A DNA stretch of 64,000 nt from Octopus vulgaris (Eukaryota). How positions within the stretch are numbered: position 1 is the first letter of the stretch; each line of letters opens with the position of its first letter. Location: positions 108,376,001 through 108,440,000 of the forward strand of contig OX597820.1 of NCBI GenBank assembly GCA_951406725.2, in the 5' to 3' direction. Below, piece after piece: positions 43,233 through 57,070 of the stretch. Both the position numbers and the translations under genes were made by a program. Under the pieces are notes generated by a model. The model was not told the origin of the DNA, ran no database searches, and was given only the letters and a program-made list of their open reading frames with translations.

Positions 43233-43400
43233 CAAATAAGAAAATGAGAAAATGGAGAAACAAATTTAGTTTGTTCATCATATATATATATATATATATA
43301 TATAACGGGAAGCTTACGAAAATAAATAAAAGACGAAGACAGGTGGAGTACAAACAAACAATTGTATTAGTATGGCGCTCAGGAATAGAAACAAAACAAG

Positions 43401-43438
43401 TCTTTTACGTTTCGAGCCTATGCTCTTCAACAGAAAGA
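43401..43438 (-). ncRNA. Minimal hammerhead-like motif with extra A after A9 (A6 changed to U)
   Basis: Minus strand reads TCTTT-CTGTTGA-A-GAGC-ATAG-GCTC-GAAAC-GTA-AAAGA. Confidence 0.5.
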
Positions 43439-43474
43439 TACACAGAAAAGAAACACGGAGAGAAACAAGGAGAG

Positions 43475-43522
<48 letters not shown>

Positions 43523-43557
43523 GTATATATATATATATATATGGATGTATGCATATA

Positions 43558-43595
<38 letters not shown>

Positions 43596-43596
43596 G

Positions 43597-43917
43597 TGAG
43601 GGCGCGTGGCTTAGTGGTTAGGGCATTTGACTCATGATCGTAAGGTTGTGAGTTCGATTCCCGGCGACGCGTTGTGTCCTTGAGCAAGACACTTTATTTC
43701 ACGTTGCTCCAGTCCACTCAGCTGGCAAAAATGAGTTGTACTTGTATTTCAAAGGGTCAGCCTTGTCACTCTCTGTGTCACGCTGATTATCCCCGAGAAC
43801 TACGTTAAGGGTACACGTGTCTGTGGAATGCTCAGCCATTTGCACGTTAATTTCACGAGCAAGCTGTTCCGTTGATCGTATCAGCTGGGACCCTCGTCGT
43901 CGTAACCGGCGGAGTCT
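43597..43917 (+). mobile_element. tRNA-derived SINE (family C)
   Basis: A box TGGCTTAGTGG, B box AGTTCGATTCC, TGTCCTTGAGCAAGACACTT core. Confidence 0.85.
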
Positions 43918-43941
43918 TTATATATATATATATATATATAT

Positions 43942-44897
43942 ATACTTAAGCAATTAAGGGTTTAGCAACGAATTGCCTCACCACACACCGAATTTAGAAA
44001 TAGCAGTCAAAGAGTTATAGCTATTCTTTCTACTAAAAGGGAGATCTCAGTAAAAACACAGCACTTGAAAGGCAAACACAGATAGGTAAGAGTGAATGAA
44101 ATGACGGCAATCTATCATACAATTTTAAGTCACCTACGGACGTACGTTTCGAAATCAAGTTTTAGGAAAGCATGTGGTGAGGCAATTCGTTGCTAAACCC
44201 TTAATTGCTTAAGTATTACTTAAATTTTCCTCGAATGAGGCTTTTACATGCCGAAATCTACTTGGTGTAATTAATAATTATTCCAAATTAATTAATTTCA
44301 CCCTTTATTGTTACTGATAACCATATTTTATCCCAGTAAATGACCACAGCATCTTGTCTTGGCTACACGCGGGTGGAAGGGGGCTGGTGACACAAACTTT
44401 CATTCACACTTTGAATTTCGTGGTACTGGTAATGCTTTGGCTCGCTCTGACACTGAGTTGAGATAATGCCTTCTAGTATCTCAAAATTTAATATACAATT
44501 ATTCATAATTGGAGTATCCTACGCTGATGAGAAAAGAAGTTTGGGTAAGGTAGGATTTCCTAATTCTTATGCTTTCCTAAAACTTGATTTCGAAACGTAC
44601 GTCCGTAGGTGACTTAAAATTGTATGATAGATTGCCGTCATTTCATTCACTCTTACCTGTCTGTGTTTGCCTTTCAAGTGCTGTGTTTTTACTGAGATCT
44701 CCCTTTTAGTAGAAAGAATAGCTATAACTCTTTGACTGCTATTTCTAAATTCGGTGTGTGGTGAGGCAATTCGTTGCTAAACCCTTAATTGCTTAAGTAT
44801 TACTTAAATTTTCCTCGAATGAGGCTTTTACATGCCGAAATCTACTTGGTGTAATTAATAATTATTCCAAATTAATTAATTTCACCCTTTATTGTTA

Positions 44898-44903
<6 letters not shown>
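43942..44903 (+). mobile_element. Non-coding hammerhead-bearing element (Penelope pLTR or retrozyme-like) between (TA)n tracts
   Basis: 147-bp direct repeats (44173-44319 and 44757-44903, period 584) and a 232-bp inverted copy (43942-44173 of 44569-44800). Confidence 0.8.
44518..44609 (+). ncRNA. Type I hammerhead ribozyme motif, intact core
   Basis: Stem I CCTACG/CGTAGG; CTGATGA; stem II GAAA...TTTC with a long insert; GAAA; palindromic stem III ACGTACGT; GTC cleavage triplet ending at 44603. Confidence 0.85.
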
Positions 44904-44954
<51 letters not shown>

Positions 44955-45288
44955 TTGTATGCACATACACACACACAAATTATCCCCTTATTCGAATATT
45001 TTACCTTTACTAGACCCACACATTGGATTTTATTGTGTTACCTGGATTGTCTATTCCAGCAGAATTTCAATTTTCCTTGAGACTCCAGTTCAAGAGTGTA
45101 GATAGACTTGAGCTCCGGTTTAGTGGTGCATTAGAAATTCTCCAATTTTCTACTCTTTTAGGGCTATAATCTCTGTCTGTCTGTCTGTCTGTCTATCTAT
45201 CGTTATATACATACACACTTACATACACATATGTATAACCATTAAAAGATTGAACACAGTTTTGCATGAATAATATTTCTTTTTGTAG

Positions 45289-45408
45289 GGCACTCGGGAT
45301 TTTAGTCCTCAGCAGATGACTATCAGAGAAAATGTGTTTGCTACAATTATTGAGTGCTTCAAGCGTCATGGGGCTGAGACCATTGACACACCCGTCTTTG
45401 AATTAAAG
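45289..45408 (+). CDS. HARS: HARS exon: GTRD and motif 1 ([40 protein letters not shown])
   Basis: TGTAG acceptor, AAG|GT donor, 120 nt, HisRS signature. Confidence 0.97.
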
Positions 45409-46648
45409 GTGATAACATTTTTTTTTTTACTTTCATTCAAGATAAATATGTTTACTTTCTCTGTTACAAATGTGATTTAGATTTATTGTTATATGCTACT
45501 GTGTGCATGTGTATACAGCAAGCTTTGTTAATACATGCGTGTATGCAGCACAGTATGACCTACAAATGCAGTTATGGCCTTGTAGTGAAAGAGTTTGTTT
45601 TCTAATCATGTTCCAGATTCAATCTCACTGTAGAGCACCTTGGGCTAAGTTTCTTCTTGTTTTGCCTTGGGTCAGTTTAAATCTTGTAAGTGTAATTATT
45701 GAGATGGAATCTTGCGAAAACCTGTTGGTGGGTAGTAGACTTAATTCATTGTCCACTTCAACATCACCCTTCCTTCTAAGTTTGGGTGTCCTTAGTGCAA
45801 GGAGTCTTCTCTGTTTTAGACAACATAGCATGTATTTATAGGTTTGTGTGTGTGTATGTATAAATATGTATGTAGATACATCTCCTGATTTGTCTAAGGG
45901 TTGGTTAATCTAGTATCCATTAATCTGCTTGTAATATTCTGTCTCACAAATTAGAGACTATATTAAGTTAGAGTGTAGGGTTGTTTAATGTAATGTAGAA
46001 TAAGCATGAATTTGTTTTTAATTGTGTATCTCAGCAGTGAGTGACAATGTTTATTTGTAGTGTAGGGTATTAATATACTATAAAATATACATTAATTTGC
46101 TTGTAATAGTTTATCATGTATGTATGAGATTGGGTTGATGTAAACTGTGCTGAAGCCAATCAGAATGCATCAATGATTTGAGAACCAATTTTGTCATGAA
46201 GTGTGATACTGATTCTGCATGAGAAGTAAGTTACTCCTGGAGCATTTAAACTGGCCATATCTGGTCAAAATATTCTACCTGTAATATGTTTAAACTAGCC
46301 AGATTTAGTCTCTCACACCTACTCTGCATACAGTGTCATTGTAAAAATAAACAATCAAATCATCAAAATCCCAAATCTGCAAGATAATGTATGATTAATT
46401 CAAAACAATATAAATAAACAAGCATTACATTTGACAGAATATTCTGAATACTAAAGGATATGAGTATTTATGGAATACTCAACCACTTTATAGTTTAGTA
46501 AGTAGTTCCAGTTATGAAACAACTGTCAAAATCAATAAACGAGTCTGTCAGTAGAATTAATTAGATTTGTTTTAACTAAAATGCTTGCAGTTACTTCCCC
46601 AGTTGCAATTGTTTTTTTATCAAACCATTTTCTTGTTTCTTCTATCAG

Positions 46649-46744
46649 GAAACCCTTACTGGAAAATATGGTGAAGATTCTAAACTGATTTATGATTTGG
46701 TTGACCAAGGAGGTGAAATTCTATCACTGCGTTATGATTTGACC
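46649..46744 (+). CDS. HARS: HARS exon ([32 protein letters not shown])
   Basis: ATCAG acceptor, 96 nt, LRYDLT HisRS motif, followed by the U12-type donor GTATCTTTT. Confidence 0.97.
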
Positions 46745-47349
<605 letters not shown>

Positions 47350-47492
47350 TAAATCTTTCTCTAATGTAGTCACCCTAATTGTTTATCCATTAACGCTGTT
47401 AAACTGATTCAGTTTTCTTTAACACCATTTTTGTATGCTTTAATTTTCAGCATTGCTGATTCTCTTAAATGCCATCTAGTTTAACATTTATT

Positions 47493-47591
47493 TTAACCAT
47501 CAACATCTGTGTTGTTAGGTTTAACTATCAACATCTGTGTTCTTAGGTTTAATCATCAACAGCTATGTTGTTAGGTTTAAACCATCAACAT
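47493..47591. repeat. 28-bp minisatellite (TTAACCATCAACATCTGTGTTGTTAGGT), about 3.5 copies
   Basis: Direct tandem copies. Confidence 0.85.
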
Positions 47592-47689
47592 CACTGCTGA
47601 TTAATTCACCTTTACTTGATCTCCTATATGTAAATATTACGTTGTACCATATCTGTCTAATGCATATCTTTATTATTCTATTGTGATAG

Positions 47690-47797
47690 GATATTGATAT
47701 TGCTGGTCAATATGATCCAATGATCCCTGATGCTGAGTGTGTGAGGATGGTGTCCAGTATCTTAACTGAACTCGATATTGGAAACTATGAGATCAAG
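47690..47797 (+). CDS. HARS: HARS exon (DIDIAGQYDPMIPDAECVRMVSSILTELDIGNYEIK)
   Basis: GATAG acceptor, AAG|GTGAGT donor, 108 nt, in frame. Confidence 0.96.
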
Positions 47798-48349
47798 GTG
47801 AGTTGATCACATTATAAAGGCAGGTGTTGAGTATTCAAGTTTGTGTATGTGTAAGTGGCCATGTGAGTTGAGTGTAGGAGATTGTTGATGTGAAGTGGAT
47901 GTAAGAATCTGTTTGTGAATGAGTTAAAACTGAGAATGAAATATGTACAGAAGAGTGTGTGGGCAATTGGGAATCGAGTGTGGATATGTGTAATCTCATG
48001 AGATGAGTGTAAGAATAGTTTTCATTGAATAAAGTTTTAAATTGAAATAGTATTATAAGGAAATCTTTCATTGGAATAATATTATAATAAAGTTTTCTAT
48101 TTAGGCAGTGTTACAATCAAGCCATTATTGTAACAATATGATGTGAAATTCTTTTATTAAGACTATATTATAAGAAAGAAATAGAGTACCAGTTACGCAC
48201 TGGGGTCGATGTAATCAACTTACTCCCTTTGTCTGTCTTTGTCCCCTATATGTTTAGCCCCTTGTGGGCAATAAAGAAATATATATTATAAGAAAGTCTT
48301 TTATTGACACAGTTTTATAATATAGTGAGTTATTATTATCATTATTATT

Positions 48350-49209
48350 AAGGTGGTGAGCTGTCAGAATCATTAGCATGCCGGGTAAAATGCTTAGCTG
48401 CATTTCGTCTGTCTTCATGATCTGAGTTCAAATTCCACCAAGGTCGATTTTGCCTTTCATCCTTTCGGGGTCGATAAATTAAGTACCAGTGAAACACCAG
48501 GGCTAATGTAATCGACTTAACCCCTCCCACCAAATTCCAACCCTTGTGCCTATAAGAGAAAGGATTATTATTAAAGCAGTGAAGGTGTCAAGCTGGCAGA
48601 ATTGTTACTGCACCAAACAAAATGCTTGATGGCAGTTCTTTGGGCCCTCTACATTCTGAATTCAAATTTTGCTAAGGTCAACTTTACCTTTCAACCTTTC
48701 AGAGTAAAAAAATAAGTACCAGTCAAGTACTAGGGTTGGTGTAATTGACTTCCCCTCCCCTCAAAAACTGCTTGTCTTGTGCCAAAATTTGAAACCATTA
48801 TTGTTATTATTAAGGCAATGAAGGTAGTGAGCTGGCTGAACCATTAATGCATCAGACAAATGCTTAGTGGCATTTCATCCATATTTACATTTTAAGTTCA
48901 TACTCTACCAAGGTTGACTGCCTTTCATCCTTTCAAGGTCAATGAAATAAGTACCATTTTAGCACTGGGGTTGATATAATCAACTTACTCCCTCCCCAAA
49001 TAGACCTTGTGCCTGTAGTAGAAAGGATTATTATTAAGGTGATGAACTGACAGAATCATTAGTGTGTTAAACAAAATGCCTATCAGCATTTCTTCTGGCT
49101 CTTTCATCCTTCCCTGATTATTAATAAAGTACTAGTCAAGTACTGGGGATAATGTAATTGATTTGCTCCCTTTCACTAAATTACTGACCCTGTGGCAAAA
49201 TTAGAAAGA

Positions 49210-49244
<35 letters not shown>

Positions 49245-49245
49245 C
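48350..49245 (+). mobile_element. Head-to-tail array of four family-B SINEs with (ATT)n tails
   Basis: Units start near 48350, 48581, 48821 and 49036 (AAGGTGGTGAGCTG.CAGAATCATTAG...). Confidence 0.8.
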
Positions 49246-49894
49246 ATTTGAAACTAAAATACGTGTGTACAAATCTTTATTTTGAGCACACATTTGTATG
49301 AAACTGAATGTCACAATTTTTGAAAGATGTGATATCTCCAGTATTGAAAGCATGCTGTTGAGAATTCAATGCAGATGGGCATAACATAAGATGATTGCAT
49401 TCCAAAAATTCTTTTGTGTGGCTGACAAGTAGAGGGATTTCACAATAAAGGATAACTTGAAACAATCACTAAAATCCCTACACCTTAATTTAACACCATA
49501 TTGCCTAGAACAATCTGAGTGGTATAAAATGTGTCATGTAGCATCAAAAAATTTGAGTTGCAGGAACAGAACAATAAAAGAATGATATTCTGCAATCAAC
49601 AGACACATTTGTCCAATCACAATCAAAATCATCATCATCCCCATTGTGACTTTATGGCAAAATCCATTCCTGGACTCAAATTATATTCATGCATCTGTCA
49701 CAAATAGATGCAGCTTCTTTTGGTTTTAATCCTTTCCTTCAAACACTTATATGTCAAAATCGACAGGAGGCATCATCATCAACATCATCATCATTATAGA
49801 AATAATAATAATAATGATGATGATGATAATGATAAAGTCTGCAGTTAATGCAGTTGGCTAGATAGTGGCCATCACCATCTTCAAGTTTACTTAA

Positions 49895-50966
49895 CCCTTT
49901 CGTTACCAAACCGCCCGAAACCGCCTGAAAAAAATTTTGGTTAATGTGACCAAGCCGCCCAAAACCGCCCGAATTTACCTATTCATATTTAAATGAGAAT
50001 ATCAGAGCAAATCTCTTTAGTACATTCGTGAAAACGCGTATTCGTAAAGAGTTCAACTACAGTTTTGTACAAAAATCGAAGTGTAATTTTAATTCCGTGA
50101 ATTTTGGGAGATTTTTTTCCGAAATTTGTTCCTATTGTGTTTTCAAAATTTGTAATTCTGACAAAAAATGGATACGAATTTCATTATATCAAGCAGTGAG
50201 TCAGAATTCGAAGGATTTTCTACTGAAGACCTTCATAAATCTAACTCTATGACTGAAAAAAAAAAAGCATGTGGTATTTGATAATGAATCTGATGTTTCA
50301 TTTTCTGAAAGTGAAAACAGTGAATCCGAGAGCTCCGACAGCGATAAAGAAAATGAATTGGCACCTGAATGGAGTGAAAATTTAAAAACTGTTTCTTTCG
50401 GTGATTTTTCTGAAGAAACTGGACCAAGCCACAGACTTTCCCAGAAGGGTAAAGCCTTAGACTATTTCTTTTTACTTTTTCGAATGAGCCTATTTGAAAT
50501 CATTACGGCGGAAACGAACCGTTACGCTAAACGTAAACAAAACGAAAGAAAGTGGTTTCCCATAACCTTAAATGAAATTAAGACTATTTTGCCATAAATA
50601 TTATTATGGGTATCAGAAAGTTACCCAGAATAACAAATTCTATCATAAAATTTTGTTGTATACCCAACTGAATATTAGCTAATAACCCATTTTCTATAGC
50701 GATGTTTAAACAAAATTTTAATAATTTTATATTTTGTTGAATTTACCTGTATCTACCTGCAATTAGAGTCACTTTGTGACAAAAGTTATGGTATAGAATT
50801 GGTTGAGAACATTTCATTAAATTATCTTCCAAAATTCACGTTAATATATTGATAAATAAAAAAGTTATAGTTGTTTAAGGAAACCAGACTAAATTTATGA
50901 TTACATTAGAAATTAATTGAAACATATAAGGGGTGTATTTTGGTCAGAAATATAGTAACGAAAGGG
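49895..50966 (+). mobile_element. Internally deleted piggyBac transposon
   Basis: TTAA|CCCTTTCGTTAC...GTAACGAAAGGG|TTAA; acidic N-terminus and ETNRYA...W..ITLNEIK transposase fragment. Confidence 0.9.
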
Positions 50967-51769
50967 TTAAACAGTCTCTATTACAGGAATAAGCAATTGA
51001 TTATTTGGTGATAGTTGGTGAGACTGTATCACTCAAAAAGGTCTCTAGCTGAATATGCGTGTGAGCATGGATACATACATGTGTCTGTTTATTCATGTGG
51101 ATGCAAGCATAGATAAATAGTTTAGTTCACATTGTAATCATGAAATATTGGGTTCAATTCCAATTATGGCTCCTTTTAACCTTTAGTTGACTCAGGTGTT
51201 CATCATCATCATTGTTTGACGTCTGCCTTCCATGCTGGTATGAGTAGGACGGTTTGATGAGAGCCACCCAGGCAGAAGCTTGCATCAGACTTCTGTGACT
51301 GTTTTGGCAGGATTTTTGCAGGTGGATGCCCTTCTTAACACCAACCACTCAGCAGAGTGGACTTTATGCTTTTTACATAGCACAAACACCGGTGAGGCTA
51401 GTTTTGGCAAGGTTTGTACAGCTGAATGCCCTTCCAAATGCCAACCACTTTACAGTGTGGACAGGATGCTTTTAAGTGGCACCTGCACCGACAGGGTCAC
51501 CAAGTAGCCTGCAAGACAAAAATCCTTTGAGAGGGGAGGGGGTTGATCTTGTGTCAGATGATGAAAGGTTATAGAGAGACAGAAACAGGTGTCTTGCTGT
51601 AAAGGAGGTACAAGATTACCCAACTGGGGAGAGAGAGAGAGAGAAGCATCAGAAATGAAGACAGAGACAGGTGCACTGCCGCAGAGGAGATACATAGCTA
51701 CCCAGCCTGAGGGAAGTGCAGAAGAAGGAAAGAGAGAGTGGAAGACGGCAGGATAGAGGTGAACAAAAA

Positions 51770-53285
51770 CAAAAATTAGATGGAAGCCAGTCAGAAGGAC
51801 TCTATCTGGAAGAGGAATGCCAGAGGACTGGGCACTAAGTATGGTGGTATGGATATTCAAGGGGAAGGGGGATGCAAGAGGAGTGAAGTTATTGGAGCAT
51901 GCAATGAAGATAGTGGAAAGAGTGTTGAGAGGAGAATTTGGAAAGGGGTGGATGTAGATGAGATGCAATTTGGTTTTATGCCAGGAAGGAGGACAATAGA
52001 TGCAGTGTTCATTGTAAGGAGATTGCAAGAGAAATACCGAGATAAGGAGAAGGAATTGTACATGTGCTTTGTTGATCAGGAGGAGGCATTTGACAGGGTT
52101 CCAAGGAAGGTGATTGAGTGAGCATTGAGGAAGAGTGGTGTACTAGAGGTAATAGTGAGAGCAGCGATGAGTTTGTACAAAGGGGTAAAGACAAAAGTGA
52201 GAGTTGGATCAGAGCTGTCGGAGGAGTTTGCGGTGAAAGTTGGTGTGTATCAGGGATCTGTGTTGTCACCATTGTTGTTTGCAATAGTGATTGATGTGGT
52301 GACAGAAAGTGCAAGAGAGGAATTGATAATGGAGATACTGTATGTGGATGACCTTATTCTAGAGGGATTGAAGAAGTTTTGGAAATGGAAGGAGGCATTT
52401 GAAAGCAAGGGTTTGAAGATAAACCTCGGGAAGACAAAGGTGATGGTGAGCGGGGTGGAAGGAGAAGTGTTAGTAAGGTGGATCCATGTGGTGTCTGTGG
52501 GAGGAGGGTAATGGCAAATGCAGTGTTGTGTATGAGATGTGAGAAATGGATTCATGGTAGATGTACAAAAATGAAGAAGGTGACCCCCAAGACTGGCAAG
52601 AGAGCTTGTTTGTGGAAGATGTGAGATAGGAGCTGGAGGGCTGGCAGAACCAGTGAAAATGTTATGTGATGAGGTTTTGTTATTTGGGAGATAGGGTGGA
52701 TGTAAGTGGTGGATGTGAAGCAGCTGTGACAGCAAGAGTGAGACTTAGCTGGGTGAAGTTCAGGGAATGTGGAGCGTTGTTGTATGGGAAAAGGTTCTCA
52801 TTGAAGATGAAAGGAAGGATCTATAGGAGTTGCGTGAGAGCTGCAATGCTGTATGGGAATGAGACATGATGTCTGAGGGGGAGAGAGATGGCAATTTTGA
52901 GAAGGGCTGAGAGAGCAATGGTGAGAGAATTATGTTGATATAAGAGGGGACTGAAAACTTGATGGGGATGCTGAGGTTGGAGGAATTGATGGAACTGTTG
53001 GCAAGGGTAAATGGAGTTCAGTTTTATGGGCATGTGTTGAGGAGGGATGAGGAGCATGTTCTGAGGAGAGTATTTGAATTTGAGGTAAATGGACCATGAA
53101 AGCGAGGAAGACTGAGGAAAACATGGAGGGGACAGGTGGAGGAGGAGATTGGGAGGGTTGGCTTGAGAAGGGAGGACGCCCAAAATCAGGTGAGATGGTG
53201 TGAGGGCAGTTGCTGTGGCATTGAGGTATATCTGGCCACCCCCGTTAACGGGGACAAACCCAAATTGAAAACACTGGATGAATCT
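51770..53285 (+). mobile_element. RTE-type LINE fragment
   Basis: MQFGFMPGR, AFDRVPR, QGSVLSPLLF, YVDDL and FCYLGD motifs. Confidence 0.9.
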
Positions 53286-53834
53286 TATGAACATAAATCC
53301 AATACCCTAACCTCTAAGCCATGTGCCTCCACATATATACATACATATGTGTGTGTGTGTATATATCTTTTATTGTATGCAGACAAAGCTACATATTTAA
53401 TACTTGTGCACAAATATTTTATCATACACATATACAATACGCATACATACATAGCTGTGCTTATATACTCTATCATATACACATATACAATACACATACA
53501 TACATAACTATGTATTTTATACTTGTGCTTTATACAAGTATTATACTCTCATACAGTATACATACAGCTATGAATTTGATATATTTTATTATAGACATTT
53601 ATACAATATACTTCATTAATAAAGCTGCAAAGATATTACAACAGTTCTTGTGATGTCTTTGCAGCTTTATTAATAAAGCAGATTACTCTGCCTCTGGTAT
53701 TCAAGTACTATATTTTCCACCTTGTTTTACATTTATGTGCTTACTCTGGTATATACAATATATGTACATACATAGCTATGTATTTTATATTTGTGCCTAC
53801 ATATTTTATCTATCTGATTTTTTTCATTTCCCAG

Positions 53835-53933
53835 GTGAACCACCGCAAACTCTTAGATGGTATATTTGCGGCATGTGGTGTCCCAGAGAAAGATTTCCGA
53901 CCAATTTGCTCTGCTGTTGACAAACTTGATAAG
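53835..53933 (+). CDS. HARS: HARS exon ([33 protein letters not shown])
   Basis: TTTCCCAG acceptor, 99 nt, DKLDK motif, GC donor AAG|GCAAGT. Confidence 0.95.
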
Positions 53934-54009
53934 GCAAGTCAATGTTTGTGATTCATTATATTTGAAGAATATATTTTTACATTTCAATCATTCCATCTAA
54001 ATTGTCTTA

Positions 54010-54490
54010 CAACTCACCTATGTACAGTCTCACACCTAACCTGCCTACAGTCTCAGGCCTCACCTACACATCTCACCTATCTGCATTGCTTCACACCTCA
54101 CCTACCTACACAGTCTATCACCTCACTTATCTACACAGTCTCACACCTCATCTATCTACACTGTTTCAAACTTCACTTGCCTCCACTTTCAGCTAAATAG
54201 TCTCCTGTCTAACTAAAACTCCTGAAAATCACACCTCACCATCCTAAAAAGAGAAAGACTTATATGTATCCAGAATAATGTGCACTTGGATACTCTACCT
54301 TAAGTAAAGACTAAATGATAATTGCTCTAGCACCTTTTCTCACATGTCTACTCTGTCAAGATTGACCTTTAATGATAAGTCTGCTCAATGAAGAATGACC
54401 TTTAATAAGTCTGCTCAATCAGGAATGACCTTTAATCATAAGTCTATTCAATCAGGAATGACCTTTGATCATGCCTACTCAAAAAGGAAT
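54010..54490. repeat. Two adjacent degenerate minisatellites (about 25-bp CAGTCTCACACCTCACCTACCTACA; about 30-33-bp AAGTCTGCTCAATCAGGAATGACCTTTAATCAT)
   Basis: Tandem copies at 54010-54190 and 54360-54490. Confidence 0.7.
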
Positions 54491-55619
54491 GTCTAAACAA
54501 GTCTCCCTCAAATCACACCCTTCCTTCTTAAAAAAGACGATGTAATCCTGACTGTTCCTGAATAAAAAGGTGGAATGGTTGAATCTGGAATGATTTATTG
54601 ATTGTTTGATGAGATTACCTGATGTTTAGCAGCAACAACAACTAAGAATATGTCTCAAATCTCTTCAGCAACAATGTCTCAAATCTCTTCATCTCGTCTG
54701 TTTTATTAATGTTATCATGTTGCTAGAAGCTACTACATATGGTTCACTTCTACCATATTCATGGTGATAATGTCTGTCGACTCCTCACCAAATCTTTCAT
54801 TGACTGTTGTTAAGTTCTATAGGTAGAAACAAAGTTAAAGTTATTTTTTTAATGCCAGACTATGAAAACATTAAATAAGTGGTTCAACTTTTTCACTTGT
54901 ATGCTTACCTATGAAAAAAAAATACACCTAAGTATATCTGCCCCAACAAGTTCCATCTGATCCATACAAGCTTGGGAAAGTGGACATTAAAACAGTATTA
55001 GTCTCTCTAAATAAAACATTGTACTATTTATTGACTTACTTCTTTGTAGCTCAGGTAGTAGATTGTAAAAAACACAAATTGTGTGTGTGTATAAAATATT
55101 TGTCCTAAGTGCAAAGTAGTCCTGATGTTGTCTTTGCTCACCTTGTTTTGGTGTTCCCTATCAGTTGGTGACCCCTAGAACCAGTATAATAGTCAGTATT
55201 ATTGTTGCTGAGGACAAAACAACCCCTTTAGATGCTGGTGCTGCGATAAAATATATCCAGCACATTGCAAAGTGGTTGGTGAATGGAGATAGAATAGAAA
55301 TGACGTTTTGGTGTTGCTTAAAACACAATGACCTCTCTAATAATGGTGCCAAGATGCATATAAAATGATGATGCATACATGAAATTATAGATATACAAAA
55401 AAATGGAAAGCAAGTTTATTTATAGACGTATGCCTTTTCACAGATATAAATTTATCATTAGTTGCAGCAGCAACAAGAATATTTGACAGCTATCATGGAT
55501 TTCTATGCTTGCAAAGTGCTATTTACTGGTAACTAGTTACTTCCATTCAAGGTGGCTTACTCAGAGGGTCAAAACACCGTATTGTAACCAAAGATTACAA
55601 GGTCATGAGTTAAGGTATA

Positions 55620-56103
55620 CAGTAATCCCTCACCATATTGTGGTGCACTTACTGCGCACTCAGTGCATCACGGATTTTTCTGGCTAATATATGTAAATTT
55701 ATATCATAGACTCCTCAATATATAGTGGGTTTCTGTGGCCGATAGGTATTTATATTTTTTTAGATTTTAATTATTTCTGTGGTAAAATAAGCATTTTCAT
55801 GCCTATAAATTAATAAATAAAAATACAGTACTGTACTGCACTGTATAATACATTAAGTAAAATATATTAAAAGAAAATTCATAGTGTACCATAGATGAGT
55901 AAACAAAAAACTGCACTTACTGTATGGAAAATGAAACTCGGGAGGTGAGTGTGTGGTATTGTTTTGCATTTATATAATAAATATATACAAATTATAAAAA
56001 TGATAAAGAATATATACAGTACAGCACTGTTTCTACTTCACAGATTTTCACCTATCGTAGGAGGTTTTGGAACGTAACACGCTTGATAGTCAAGGGATTA
56101 TTG
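55620..56103. mobile_element. Tc1/mariner-type (pogo/Tigger-like) MITE
   Basis: TA|CAGTAATCCCT ... AGGGATTATTG imperfect TIRs. Confidence 0.65.
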
Positions 56104-56283
56104 CATTGCACTTATATTGGTTCATCACATTATATTAAAGCCACAGTGACTTATGTCGTAAAATCTGAACATATGATCTTGTAGTCAGTTATCCAACATC
56201 TTAATTCATAGACTTTGTGCCTCATATGATTATAATAATGAAATCTTGCAATATATTTATACATTTTCTTACCATTTTCTAAG

Positions 56284-56377
56284 ATGGATTGGTGTGATGT
56301 TCGTAAAGAAATGACAGATGAAAAAGGCCTTGCCCCAGAGACAGCTGATAGAATATGGGAATATGTTAAATTGAAAG
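56284..56377 (+). CDS. HARS: HARS exon ([32 protein letters not shown])
   Basis: TTTTCTAAG acceptor, 94 nt, phase-1 GT donor; W..V..EM..EKGL motif. Confidence 0.94.
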
Positions 56378-57025
56378 GTGACTTTTATAGTATCTCACCC
56401 TTTTCTCTTTCCTCTACTTCCTTTATGTCTCTTTCAGTTTCTTTATCCTAAACCCCTCCCTCTCTTCTCTTAGTCCTCTGCTTTTCTACCTTCTACATAG
56501 TTTGCTCTTTTTCTCTTGTTCCTACCTTTTTTTCTCTCTTATGTTGTTCACTTCAATATTTTTGTTTCCTTTTGCTGCTATTTCCTTGCATTTTACATAA
56601 AACAATTTCTTACTTCATTTTCGCCCCCTCCCCCACCCTCTGATCTTTTTTTTTTTACCAGTCTTTTCTTCCACTTCATTTTCTTTTATTCCCATTTTCT
56701 CTTTCACTCATTCTGTTTCTTTTAACCTTTTTTCCCATTCTCTTCCACCTCTCAATTTTTTTTTCTTTCTCACCATTTCTATGATAAATCCCTTGAAGCA
56801 ACAAGAGATCCTTCACCTACTAGATTTAACTGCAAAATCTTCCCTAAATTACATTTTGCTATTTAAAGAAAGGCTGACATATCAGGTAATGTAGCTCTAA
56901 ATAAACTAGGCTTGAAAAGAAAATAGGAGGTTGATAATAGGAACACCTTTGATCACAGATCTTCTGGTCCAGATATGCTCTGTGACCAAACAAAAATAAC
57001 ATCCCACTTATCTTTTTCTTTACCC

Positions 57026-57070
<45 letters not shown>

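Noticed and set aside
43597-43670. tRNA-like sequence
   Set aside because: Has A and B boxes but no full cloverleaf and continues into a SINE body.
47493-47591. 28-bp repeats as a CRISPR-like array
   Set aside because: No unique spacers and a eukaryotic intronic context; plain minisatellite.
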